Below, in pieces: positions 17,412 through 25,311 of a stretch of 41,487 nucleotides of DNA; within the stretch, counting starts at the first letter, position 1, and each line of letters begins with the position of its first letter. Origin of the DNA: a virus; the IMG/VR virus record IMGVR_UViG_3300050505_000164, positions 1-41,487 of that record, one strand, 5' to 3'. Below the pieces are notes generated by a model, which worked only from the letters and a program-made list of their open reading frames with translations, was not told the origin of the DNA and searched no databases. The translations under genes were made by a program, and so were the position numbers.

Positions 17412-18721
17412 TCGATGACGCCTGGGAGACCGTAACGCCGACTCCCGCGAAGCGTTCGCTCGAGGAAGAAGGCTGGGAAACGGTAGATCCGAACGCGCCA
17501 GGCAAGATTTCCAAGCCTTCCTTGTCCGCCGATCTCCTCGCGGCGAAAGCAGCACAGCGTAAGAACTATCCGACCCAACTTGAAAAACAAACGTCTGCCG
17601 GTCCGGAAGGCGCGGGGCCGATTGAAACGTTCAGCCGCAATGTGTCGTCGGGATTCGGTATTGATCCGGATTCACCGGTGCGTGGAACGTTAAAGAACGT
17701 CGTTGATGTCGCCAGATCTATGAAAGAAAGCTACCTGGCTGGAAGGAATGGCATGCCCGGCTGGTATGGCGTGAACTCTGGAGTTGGCCGTCTCGCGGTG
17801 GACATGGCAAAAGGGTTCGGTCGAAATGCGATGGAAGGTGGCGCGGATATCGGTGAGGGTCTTCGATCTGGGGATGCAACGCAGGTCGCTAAAGGCGCCG
17901 GGCATAGCCTGGGATTCCTGGCGAGCCTGTTCGCGGGACGGAAAGCGCCGGCCGCTGCGGAGAGCGTTGTCAATGACGTTCGAACGGCTGCGGGGACTGC
18001 TGCAGAACGAATGTATGAGAGCGCGCTGAAGCCAGGTCCCCGGTCGAACACACTCGCCGATGTGCGGCGGATGGTGAAGACCGGGTTGGAGGAACGAATT
18101 CCAATCAATGTGAAAGGAACACGAAAACTCCGCAGTCTCGCAGATGATCTGAACGCCGAAGTCTCAAACACAATCAATGCCGGCGGCGGCGCGCCAATCA
18201 ACAAATTCAAAGTCGCTTCCCGTCTCAATGATACAGCAAAGAAGTTTGCAACACAGGTGAATCCGGAATCCGACCTTGCGGCGCTATCCGACGTGGGTAA
18301 CGAATTCTTACGAAACGCGCCTGGCGAGATCAAGCCGAGTCTCGCCCAGGAACTGAAGCAAGGCACGTATCGCCAGTTGAAGAGTCGGGCGTTCGGTGAA
18401 TTGAAGGGCGCGAGCATCGAAGGTCAGAAAGCAATCGCGCGCGGTTTGAAGGAAGAACTCGAGGCTCAGTTTCCAAATATCAAAGGACTGAATCAGCGGA
18501 ATTCGAATCTGTTCAATTTGGAGCACGAATTGGAAACGGCCGTCAGCCGAAATGCGAATCGTAACATTTTCGGAATCGGAGACGCTTTGGCCGGAACATT
18601 GGTCGATGCGGCTACAGGAAGCACACCGGCTGGCTTATTCGCGGCCGGAGGACGGCATCTTTTCGGAAGTCCAGCAGCAAAATCGAAAATAGCAATTGCT
18701 CTATCGAGGCTCGCGAAATGA
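17381..18721 (+). CDS. Internal virion (ejection-like) protein
   Basis: GGAGGG lies 8 nt upstream of ATG 17381. 31-nt overlap with the previous gene. 446 aa. Confidence 0.7.
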   Translation: MAQRQAAKSLVDDAWETVTPTPAKRSLEEEGWETVDPNAPGKISKPSLSADLLAAKAAQRKNYPTQLEKQTSAGPEGAGPIETFSRNVSSGFGIDPDSPVRGTLKNVVDVARSMKESYLAGRNGMPGWYGVNSGVGRLAVDMAKGFGRNAMEGGADIGEGLRSGDATQVAKGAGHSLGFLASLFAGRKAPAAAESVVNDVRTAAGTAAERMYESALKPGPRSNTLADVRRMVKTGLEERIPINVKGTRKLRSLADDLNAEVSNTINAGGGAPINKFKVASRLNDTAKKFATQVNPESDLAALSDVGNEFLRNAPGEIKPSLAQELKQGTYRQLKSRAFGELKGASIEGQKAIARGLKEELEAQFPNIKGLNQRNSNLFNLEHELETAVSRNANRNIFGIGDALAGTLVDAATGSTPAGLFAAGGRHLFGSPAAKSKIAIALSRLAK

Positions 18722-18842
18722 GTTATCTTTCCGCCCACCAATCAATCAGCCTGCATAGTAGCCAGCATAGAACGAAGGTAAAGGCCAAGCCTTGGAGCAT
18801 TCCCAAACCCTAACCTCAAGCCCCTAAAGAAAGCAAGACAAG
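18722..18842 (+). promoter_or_regulatory. Largest non-coding gap in the late region (possible internal promoter/operator)
   Basis: 121 nt without an ORF. Contains an imperfect tandem 12-mer, agcctgcatagt/agccagcataga (18748-18771), and the palindrome CCAAG-C-CTTGG (18785-18795). Confidence 0.3.
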
Positions 18843-19133
18843 ATGAGCAAGGAAGAAGAGTTTCTGGCGATCGGGAAGCTGGTCGCTGAGTACCAGGCGG
18901 TCAAACAACGGATGAGCGTTCGCGACTACCGTCTCGGCGAACTCGGCCGCGATCTTCAGAAACTCGCTGGGTTATTGCAAGCGGCGCCATCCACGATCAC
19001 CTTCGGACCAGGCGGATTCTCACCGGACCTACTCTCCACTGAGGTGATGCGGTTGGTAGAAGAAAGCCGCGCAGACGATAAATTGTATGTTGAACTTCAC
19101 GGGCGCATTCGGTCGCTCGGACTGATCCCTTAG
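18843..19133 (+). CDS. Hypothetical small protein upstream of the tailspike
   Basis: 96-aa helical ORF after the gap. No motif recognised. Confidence 0.6.
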   Translation: MSKEEEFLAIGKLVAEYQAVKQRMSVRDYRLGELGRDLQKLAGLLQAAPSTITFGPGGFSPDLLSTEVMRLVEESRADDKLYVELHGRIRSLGLIP

Positions 19134-19158
19134 ATCACTGAAACATCGGAGAACTCAA

Positions 19159-21336
19159 ATGAAGCGCATCCTGGCGTTATTCGCATTCGTGTGTTTATTG
19201 GCCTGCAACAGCTTCGCCTCCGCGATTCCATTGACCGGAACCATCAGCCTTCCCGATGGTACGAAGCTCACCGGAACGGTACGGCTGACCCTCTCGATCG
19301 CCGGGGCTCGCGACACGACCAACAACAACATCATCGTCGCGCAGAGTGTTCAATTCCGAGTCCAGCAGGGAACGCTTCAGTCATCGGCCCAGGTGGTCCC
19401 CAATGATGTGCTGCAGCCCGCGAACACCTGGTATACCGCGGAGTACTTCACAGCATCGGGTCAACGGGTCGCTCGACAGAACTTCTACATATCCGGTTCT
19501 CAGTTTGACCTGGGAAGCGCCACGCCCACACCTGTCACCACGTCCAATCTCAACTTCGGGTACTTCACCGGATTAACCAACGTCACGACCGCATTATTTA
19601 ACAACAGAGCGACTTGTCAGCGTTCTGGGGCAAGTGCGGGAGTTAAGATCGCGGCGGCTGCCGCTGCGGTATCCTCCGGCGGGATTGCAGATTGCACGGA
19701 TTTGGTCGGTGCTCAATCGATTACCCAGGACATTACGATTCCTGCCGGCGTGACACTTCTGCTCGGGGCCGCGACCTTCACGATTTCGACCAATTCTCAG
19801 ATCAAGATGGGGAACAATTCGGCCATTATTGGGCTGAGCCCAGAACTCACCATTATCAAGAGCACCACGACAACCGCCCAGAATGGCGTCATCACCAATT
19901 CAGATTTGATAAACGGCAATACGAATCTGAAAGTGACGGACCTCACGATTCAACGGACTCAGGTCAAGGCGGGCAGCTTCTTTGAACTCATCAAGTTTAA
20001 GAATTCACAATACGTCTGGATTCAACGGACGCGTGGAATCATGGTCGGGACGGGCGCTGGGAGCGGGAAGGGTTATCACTGCGAAGCCTGTAGTTACGTC
20101 TGGATCGATCACAACTATCTAGAGAACGCTGAAGACAATTTCATCTCGATGACCTGGTCCGGTGTGCGGAGCAATGGCTATGCGTCCATTGACCATAATG
20201 ATCTTAAAATCTCGGGGAACTGGGTGCATTCGTCCATTGTCGTGACGGCGGATCATGCCACTATCACGAACAACGCTTTAATTGCCACGGCTGGGTTCGT
20301 CCCGACTCTTGTGGAACTTGGCGACGCCGTTGACGACATCGCGATTAGCGGAAACATTTCGATCAATGCAGGTTTAGTACTCGCTCGATCTGGGACGAAT
20401 TTTAAGATCAGCAACAATCAGGGTTTTTTTGCTTCATCCGGCGGTGCGGGGATCAACCTGGACAGCGCCGGCGGTGTACAGAGTGGACATACGGTTATCG
20501 GCAATCGCATTCAGAATGGCCGCATTCGTGTCGTTAAAACGACGAACGCCATCCATGACATTCTAGTTTCAGGAAACGAAGTCTCCGGATCCAGTAGTGC
20601 GGATTTTCAAGTCGATGCCGGTGCGAGCGGCGTCACGCTCACCGGCAATTATGCATATGGTGGAGTCAACGGATTTTACGTCTCCAATACCCCGGGAATC
20701 ACCGTCACGAATAACGTGTCGTCCGGTGCATCCAGCGACGGGTTCTTGGTCGAACTCATCACGACGACGGGGAGCACCGTCGCTGCTAATGCCTCCAATG
20801 GTTCGGGAGGATATGGATACAAGATCGATCAACCACAGTCCTTCAGTTTTCTCGACAACAATGGAACGGGGAACACATCCGGATTAATCAACGTTGCCAA
20901 TGCGACGGTTCAAGGCCCAGTGCCTTTTGGAAATGTCCGCTTTACGGATACGACGTGTGGCGGCAACTTCTATGGCAACCCTGGATCGACCTGTTCAAAA
21001 ACGAATGGCGGACTGTCGACTGGTTTCTATGTAAAGGCTTCGGCGAACACACTTCAAAATGGCTGGTATCCGATGCCGTCGATGGTTACTGGCACGGGGA
21101 CTTTGACGTTTGGAACAATCAATGCAAATACGGCCGGCAACCAGAATGTGACTGTAACTGGCGCGGTCGTCGGCGATTCCTGCTATGCCGTTCCGGCGGA
21201 TAGTCCAGGCGCCGGACTCATCTGGTCGGCTTGGGTGAGTGCTGGGGATACCGTGACAGTACGACTGGGGAATGTAACGACGGGTAACGTTGTAACTACG
21301 GATCGGAGCTGGCGCGTGGACTGCCGGAAAAATTAG
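19159..21336 (+). CDS. Tailspike with right-handed parallel beta-helix (pectate-lyase-like) domain
   Basis: GGAG SD upstream. 725 aa. Periodic Asn/Gly/Ile-Val-rich rungs (ITIPAGVTLLLGAATFTISTNSQIKMGNNSAIIG..., VSGNEVSGSS..., LTGNYAYGGVNGFYVSN..., VTNNVSSGASSDGF). N-terminus MKRILALFAFVCLLACNSFASA. Confidence 0.8.
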   Translation: MKRILALFAFVCLLACNSFASAIPLTGTISLPDGTKLTGTVRLTLSIAGARDTTNNNIIVAQSVQFRVQQGTLQSSAQVVPNDVLQPANTWYTAEYFTASGQRVARQNFYISGSQFDLGSATPTPVTTSNLNFGYFTGLTNVTTALFNNRATCQRSGASAGVKIAAAAAAVSSGGIADCTDLVGAQSITQDITIPAGVTLLLGAATFTISTNSQIKMGNNSAIIGLSPELTIIKSTTTTAQNGVITNSDLINGNTNLKVTDLTIQRTQVKAGSFFELIKFKNSQYVWIQRTRGIMVGTGAGSGKGYHCEACSYVWIDHNYLENAEDNFISMTWSGVRSNGYASIDHNDLKISGNWVHSSIVVTADHATITNNALIATAGFVPTLVELGDAVDDIAISGNISINAGLVLARSGTNFKISNNQGFFASSGGAGINLDSAGGVQSGHTVIGNRIQNGRIRVVKTTNAIHDILVSGNEVSGSSSADFQVDAGASGVTLTGNYAYGGVNGFYVSNTPGITVTNNVSSGASSDGFLVELITTTGSTVAANASNGSGGYGYKIDQPQSFSFLDNNGTGNTSGLINVANATVQGPVPFGNVRFTDTTCGGNFYGNPGSTCSKTNGGLSTGFYVKASANTLQNGWYPMPSMVTGTGTLTFGTINANTAGNQNVTVTGAVVGDSCYAVPADSPGAGLIWSAWVSAGDTVTVRLGNVTTGNVVTTDRSWRVDCRKN

Positions 21337-21380
21337 AACTCCATGAACGTTTCTATATCGATCGACCAGGAGAAAACATC

Positions 21381-21611
21381 ATGCCTATTCACGGCATTAA
21401 TTTGAAAGGCGTCGTCATTGGGAAGAAAAAACATATCGAGTATCGGGCTTCGGACCATCTTGATCTGAAAGCCGGAGTGGATGTGTCGGTCTGTTTCGGT
21501 AATGACGAGCGTGAAGTGACCTTTCAAGTGCCGGACGACGAAGATGCGAAGCACATTGAGATCGGTGCGCCGGTCAGCATCATTGCGACGTTTGGTTCTT
21601 CTCAGGACTAG
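21381..21611 (+). CDS. Hypothetical small protein
   Basis: GGAGAA SD lies 8 nt upstream of the ATG. 76 aa with ordinary codon usage. Preferred over the antisense ORF 21333..21656. Confidence 0.55.
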   Translation: MPIHGINLKGVVIGKKKHIEYRASDHLDLKAGVDVSVCFGNDEREVTFQVPDDEDAKHIEIGAPVSIIATFGSSQD

Positions 21612-21621
21612 CGACGTACTC

Positions 21622-22251
21622 TTATTTGAACGAAAAAAGAAACGATTCTCCTGCAACTTTAATCTTTACTACAAATGGCGTTGTTCTTGAGACAGTTGAA
21701 TCAACAAAATAGAGTTCACGAAGCACAAACTGTTGAGACTCAACAGTTTCGTCGCGAGCGTAGAATTTCTCAATCTCAGACAGACGTTTTTGCGCATCGC
21801 GCCTGTTCTGCCAAGTTTGCATCGCGGCACCAAAATTATTGATTAGCTGATCTGTATTGTCTTCCTCGATCGTCCCGTCCGCCCTCTTCTGAAGCTTTTT
21901 TGGTGCCTGAGTTGGAATTACCGGCTCACCGCTTACTTTCGCGATTGCCGTGCGCAACGTCTGCTCATTCACGCTGCCGATCGACTTATGATTACCATTT
22001 TCAAGTGAGACGATCAGAGGGCTGATGGCAAGGGGTAAATGCGTCTTATTTTCAATGACGTACAAGACAACAAATACACCGTCTTCTTCCTGTAGCTTCG
22101 CCTCTACGCTAAGGTCTGGGCGACTCTCGATGATGCTTTTCTTGCCCTTTGGAACCACCTGCCATTGGCTTGGTAATGGTTTCAAATCGCTCGCCATCGA
22201 GCAGTGAACCGTCAACAACATAACTGCGGCAACCAAACCACTTTTGGTCAC
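21622..22251 (-). CDS. Secreted or membrane-anchored moron protein (lysogenic-conversion / superinfection-exclusion candidate)
   Basis: One of only two reverse-strand genes, lying next to the repressor, in a visibly AT-rich segment. GTG 22251 has AGGAG 6 nt upstream; the longest ORF starts at ATG 22275. The N-terminus has hydrophobic GLVAAVMLLTV. Confidence 0.7.
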   Translation of the reverse strand: MTKSGLVAAVMLLTVHCSMASDLKPLPSQWQVVPKGKKSIIESRPDLSVEAKLQEEDGVFVVLYVIENKTHLPLAISPLIVSLENGNHKSIGSVNEQTLRTAIAKVSGEPVIPTQAPKKLQKRADGTIEEDNTDQLINNFGAAMQTWQNRRDAQKRLSEIEKFYARDETVESQQFVLRELYFVDSTVSRTTPFVVKIKVAGESFLFSFK

Positions 22252-22535
22252 GACGATCTCCTGACTGAGGCGCATAAACTTATCACGATTGCGTCTCTAT
22301 AGTTAATACAGGACCGCTTCTGTCCCGAGGCTTTTCTATGATCGTCCGCTCCGCTGACAATCACGTCAATCCGGGCTTCACCGGACCGTTAGAGTTCGGG
22401 AAAGGGTAAATCTCGTGTCGAAGCGTATTCCCCAGCGCGCCAACAGGCGTGTCCCTGCCTATTACAGTGAACTCTGTCGTCGACTTCATAAAATCTTGAT
22501 CATTGGGTCCCCGAGGGCCCGAAGGTCGGTCGTTT

Positions 22536-22925
22536 TCATGATCCGATCTTTTGAGCTTGCCTGTCGTTCTGAAGGTTCAAATGGGCGGCTTCGATACTGA
22601 AAGTGATGGCTTCAGCAGCTCTACCGCCCTGGTCGAGCAAGTCCTGAAGCTTCACATGTAGTTCATTATCAGGATCATCGCGTTTCGTTCGTTGATCAGC
22701 TAAGGCGGACCAGTCAGCGCCTATCGCGACAAGAATCTGGCGCAGCATGATGACGGAAAGGTTCCATTTGCCAATTTCCATCTGCTGGTAAGCGGATTGG
22801 CGAACCCCGACTGCGTCCGCGACTTCCTGTTGCGTCAGATTGGCTCTGTCGCGCAACCGTCGAAGCCGTTGGCCGATGGCACGCAATTTCATTTTGTCTT
22901 CTGCGCTCAGCGCTTTACGTGGCAC
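22536..22925 (-). CDS. CI-like repressor (XRE-family helix-turn-helix)
   Basis: The HTH signature LRRLRDRANLTQQEVADAVGVRQSAYQQMEIGK is typical of XRE/Cro-CI family proteins. It is divergent from a second HTH gene. Confidence 0.85.
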   Translation of the reverse strand: MPRKALSAEDKMKLRAIGQRLRRLRDRANLTQQEVADAVGVRQSAYQQMEIGKWNLSVIMLRQILVAIGADWSALADQRTKRDDPDNELHVKLQDLLDQGGRAAEAITFSIEAAHLNLQNDRQAQKIGS

Positions 22926-22998
22926 CGACTAATTGTCCCTGAAGTCTGCGACATTTCTTAGAAGAAAACGAAAGAAACCGCTTGACAATAGATTGAAT
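22926..22998. promoter_or_regulatory. Divergent repressor/Cro-like intergenic control region
   Basis: 73 nt between divergent HTH genes. Contains TTGACA (22982-22987), TATGAT (22998-23003), and AATTGTC (22930-22936) facing GACAAT (22984-22989). Operators are not resolved. Confidence 0.45.
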
Positions 22999-23301
22999 AT
23001 GATTCACTCTATATCCGTGAAGTACGACGTATCTAAGATTCAGCTTGCGATGGCACAACAGTTCATGAACGTCCGGACTTTGGCAAATAAATCAAAGGTC
23101 GCGGAATCCACGGTTCATCGCATTTTCCGAAATGGCGCAGGCCACTCCGAAACGATCGGGAAACTCGTCCGAGCATTGAAGCTGAATCCCAAAGAAATCG
23201 TCATGTCCGTCGACACACCTCGAGAGACGGTGGATGTACCGAGCCCATTGACGCCGAAAGCAGAGCAAGAATTGGTGATTTCTGCAAAGGAAAACCGATG
23301 A
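22999..23301 (+). CDS. Cro-like / early HTH regulator
   Basis: HTH-like segment MNVRTLANKSKVAESTVHRIFRNG. Divergent from the repressor. Start uncertain (ATG 22999, GTG 23017, or the ORF-track start 22933). Confidence 0.7.
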   Translation: MIHSISVKYDVSKIQLAMAQQFMNVRTLANKSKVAESTVHRIFRNGAGHSETIGKLVRALKLNPKEIVMSVDTPRETVDVPSPLTPKAEQELVISAKENR

Positions 23302-23540
23302 GCGTTATCTGGACCGATCCCTTCGAAACACCAACGAAAGCCCAGAAACCGGCGGTCACTGTAGATATCGACGAAGGTCGCTACCTGCAGGACATCGGTT
23401 GTCTGGAATGCCGAACGGTTGTACGCGCGACGCTGACGTTCGCGATGCCGATCCGACCGTACACAGTGGCTCTCTGCTGTGATTTGTGCCTGAAAGAACT
23501 CGTCACCTTCGAGCAGTTCACTTCTGTGAGTGCCATATGA
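23298..23540 (+). CDS. Small Cys-rich (zinc-ribbon-like) early protein
   Basis: ATGA overlap upstream. Cys pairs are CLEC ... CCDLC. Confidence 0.6.
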   Translation: MSVIWTDPFETPTKAQKPAVTVDIDEGRYLQDIGCLECRTVVRATLTFAMPIRPYTVALCCDLCLKELVTFEQFTSVSAI

Positions 23541-23959
23541 GACGAAACACGATCGGTTCTTATGGGCGCACGTACCGCCCAGACCATCCGCGCAGTAGGC
23601 CAAACGGAGACGTCTTCGATCACATACTTGTGGCAGAAGCCGCACTTGGCCATCACCTTGATCGAAAGCATCCGATTCATCATGTGGACCGAAATAGGTC
23701 AAACAACTCGCATGGCAATTTGGTGATTTGTGAAAACGAGCAATATCACAAGCTTTTACATGTACGTCAGCGAGTTGTCGATGCAGGCGGCAATCCTGAC
23801 ACGGACAGGGTTTGTTGTGGCTGCAAGAAAGCTTTAGACGTTTCCGCCTTTTCGGGAAACAGCTCGAAATGCCGCGGGTGCAGCAATGCTTACCGGCGAA
23901 ACCTGTACCACGATGGCCGCATACATCCCACCGCCGCTCGAAGAGGGAGGGCCGCCTGA
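23537..23959 (+). CDS. HNH endonuclease
   Basis: ATGA overlap upstream. Motif HHVDRNRSNNSHGNLVICENEQYHKLLH (His-Asn-His core) plus a C-terminal CCGC...CRGC. Confidence 0.85.
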   Translation: MRRNTIGSYGRTYRPDHPRSRPNGDVFDHILVAEAALGHHLDRKHPIHHVDRNRSNNSHGNLVICENEQYHKLLHVRQRVVDAGGNPDTDRVCCGCKKALDVSAFSGNSSKCRGCSNAYRRNLYHDGRIHPTAARRGRAA

Positions 23960-24192
23960 TGTACGAGAGTCTCGAAGAGATGACCAAGGCAACCCGTCGA
24001 ACCGAGGAAGCGGCCCTGATCATGAAGATCATCGATGAGGGTCTGCGGACGAAGAAGAAGGTAATTTACGACGTTCGCCAGATGGAATTCCTGAACGACA
24101 CGCGGATGCGGCTGAAACGGTACCGGGAGAAATGCCGGATTTCACCGAAACAGCTTTTTTATCTTCGCGATCTGAAGGAGCTCGCGTTATGA
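23959..24192 (+). CDS. Hypothetical early protein
   Basis: TGATG overlap upstream. 77 aa, charged/helical. Confidence 0.6.
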   Translation: MYESLEEMTKATRRTEEAALIMKIIDEGLRTKKKVIYDVRQMEFLNDTRMRLKRYREKCRISPKQLFYLRDLKELAL

Positions 24193-24410
24193 GCACCGAA
24201 ATCAAGATCGATCGCTGCCCGTGTGGACATGCGGTCCAGGAACACGGCCTGGGCAAGTGCGGGATCTGCAACTGCGATCTGACGATCCACGACTTTCAGG
24301 CGGATGACCTGATCAAAGTCGCGTCGAGCCCGGTGGGCGATGAGTACTGGGAGCGTGTCGATCGCGCGATGGACGACTACAAGTACCAGGAATTTGTGGG
24401 GTCGCTATGA
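24189..24410 (+). CDS. Small zinc-binding early protein
   Basis: ATGA overlap upstream. Motif CPCGH...H...CGICNC. Confidence 0.6.
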   Translation: MSTEIKIDRCPCGHAVQEHGLGKCGICNCDLTIHDFQADDLIKVASSPVGDEYWERVDRAMDDYKYQEFVGSL

Positions 24411-24664
24411 ACGACGATCTCATCATCGAGCCGATTGATAAATATTTCTCGCAGGTCAGTTTCGTGGTGACGACCAAGCAGGCAGCGGAACTCCAGGACA
24501 ATCTGCGGATGAGCAACAACTGCCAGTTCGGCGTCGCGAAGAATCCTCATAACTTCGGGCCGGTTCCAAGCTGGGCGATGCTACTCACGGCAGTACGGGA
24601 TACCCGGCGGCGCAATGAAGAGTTTGTGCGCGATTACGCGGAGGAACTGGAGGGCCTGTCATGA
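24407..24664 (+). CDS. Hypothetical early protein
   Basis: ATGA overlaps at both ends. 85 aa. Confidence 0.6.
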   Translation: MNDDLIIEPIDKYFSQVSFVVTTKQAAELQDNLRMSNNCQFGVAKNPHNFGPVPSWAMLLTAVRDTRRRNEEFVRDYAEELEGLS

Positions 24665-24858
24665 AAGCCGACCACATCCACCAGTTCACCGGCAAATGTT
24701 TTGCCTGCAACGACGAACCGAACACGCGCTGTGAATGCGGCGAGTGCCGTCACTGCGGTTCGAACTTCGAAAGAGAAGTGATCCTCGAGGCGGACCGTCA
24801 GCGACCATTGCCCATTCTCCGGACCGTCAGGCGGCGGAACATTCGTGCCTATCGATGA
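24661..24858 (+). CDS. Small Cys-rich zinc-finger protein
   Basis: ATGA overlap upstream. Motif CFAC-x8-CECGECRHC. Confidence 0.6.
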   Translation: MKADHIHQFTGKCFACNDEPNTRCECGECRHCGSNFEREVILEADRQRPLPILRTVRRRNIRAYR

Positions 24859-25042
24859 CCACGATCATGAATGCCCGCGGTGCCATCAACAGAAGCCGCA
24901 TCGCAGCAGCGTCGATCGGCCGTGTTGGTTTCTCAAGTTTCGAATTTGTGACGACTGTTTAACGAAGGAGCTTTATGACCGATCCCAAATGCACACCGAC
25001 TTATTGGCTGGGCCGAATGGATGTCCAGCTCGAGCAGATTGA
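24845..25042 (+). CDS. Small zinc-ribbon protein
   Basis: GTG start. Motif CPRC-x13-C-x8-CDDC. The C-terminal 68 nt overlap the next gene out of frame. Confidence 0.5.
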   Translation: MPIDDHDHECPRCHQQKPHRSSVDRPCWFLKFRICDDCLTKELYDRSQMHTDLLAGPNGCPARAD

Positions 25043-25256
25043 CCGGTTGGCAGATATCTCCGGGAACGATGCGATCAACCGAGCCGTGGATCGACTTCAT
25101 GAAACCCGGAAACGGATGGAAGAATCGCTGAAGCGGTATGAAGGACCAATGCTCATTCACGATCTGCGGGAATCTGTCAAAGAGCACGTGAAGAATATTC
25201 GGCCGGAAACACTTCGCAAAATCCAAGAGGGCCAGACTGTGAATTCCGCGGGGTAG
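24975..25256 (+). CDS. Hypothetical early protein
   Basis: Strong SD AAGGAG lies 5 nt upstream of the ATG. 93 aa, helical. Confidence 0.7.
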   Translation: MTDPKCTPTYWLGRMDVQLEQIDRLADISGNDAINRAVDRLHETRKRMEESLKRYEGPMLIHDLRESVKEHVKNIRPETLRKIQEGQTVNSAG

Positions 25257-25311
25257 CACCTGCGGCAGCCTGACCCTCTTTTTACTTAGAACGAAAGAAA
25301 GGTAGCACACC

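Noticed and set aside
16806-18417. Minus-strand ORFs 16806..17555 (249 aa) and 17731..18417 (228 aa)
   Set aside because: They are antisense to the ejection-like protein genes. Their composition is Arg/Ser/Pro-rich and low in complexity, with no starts coupled to neighbours. They are shadow ORFs.
21333-21656. 107-aa minus-strand ORF opposite 21381..21611
   Set aside because: The + strand ORF has a well-placed GGAGAA SD and an ordinary-looking product. The minus ORF would overlap the end of the moron gene and has no SD.
22415-22600. 61-aa + strand ORF in the spacer between moron and repressor
   Set aside because: It is Arg-rich, has no SD, and runs antisense into the repressor 3' end. The spacer is treated as non-coding.
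22982-23003. TTGACA plus TATGAT as a single sigma70-type promoter for the Cro-like gene
   Set aside because: The two hexamers are only 10 nt apart, whereas 16-18 nt is required. They may belong to different, possibly divergent, promoters, so no promoter is called.
23115-24032. 305-aa ORF on the minus strand
   Set aside because: It is antisense to six translationally coupled + strand genes that carry clear motifs (HNH, zinc ribbons). The product is Arg/Cys/Ser-rich with no motif. This is a typical shadow ORF in GC-rich DNA.
24855-24962. Alternative 35-aa ORF (MTTIMNARGAINR...) with an ATGA overlap to the upstream gene
   Set aside because: The competing frame from GTG 24845 encodes a convincing CPRC...CDDC ribbon. 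The short frame has no features. It is kept only as an alternative.
25251-25283. Possible terminator after ORF 24975..25256
   Set aside because: The stem is only GGGT/ACCC plus two interrupted pairs before TCTTTTT. That is too weak to call.
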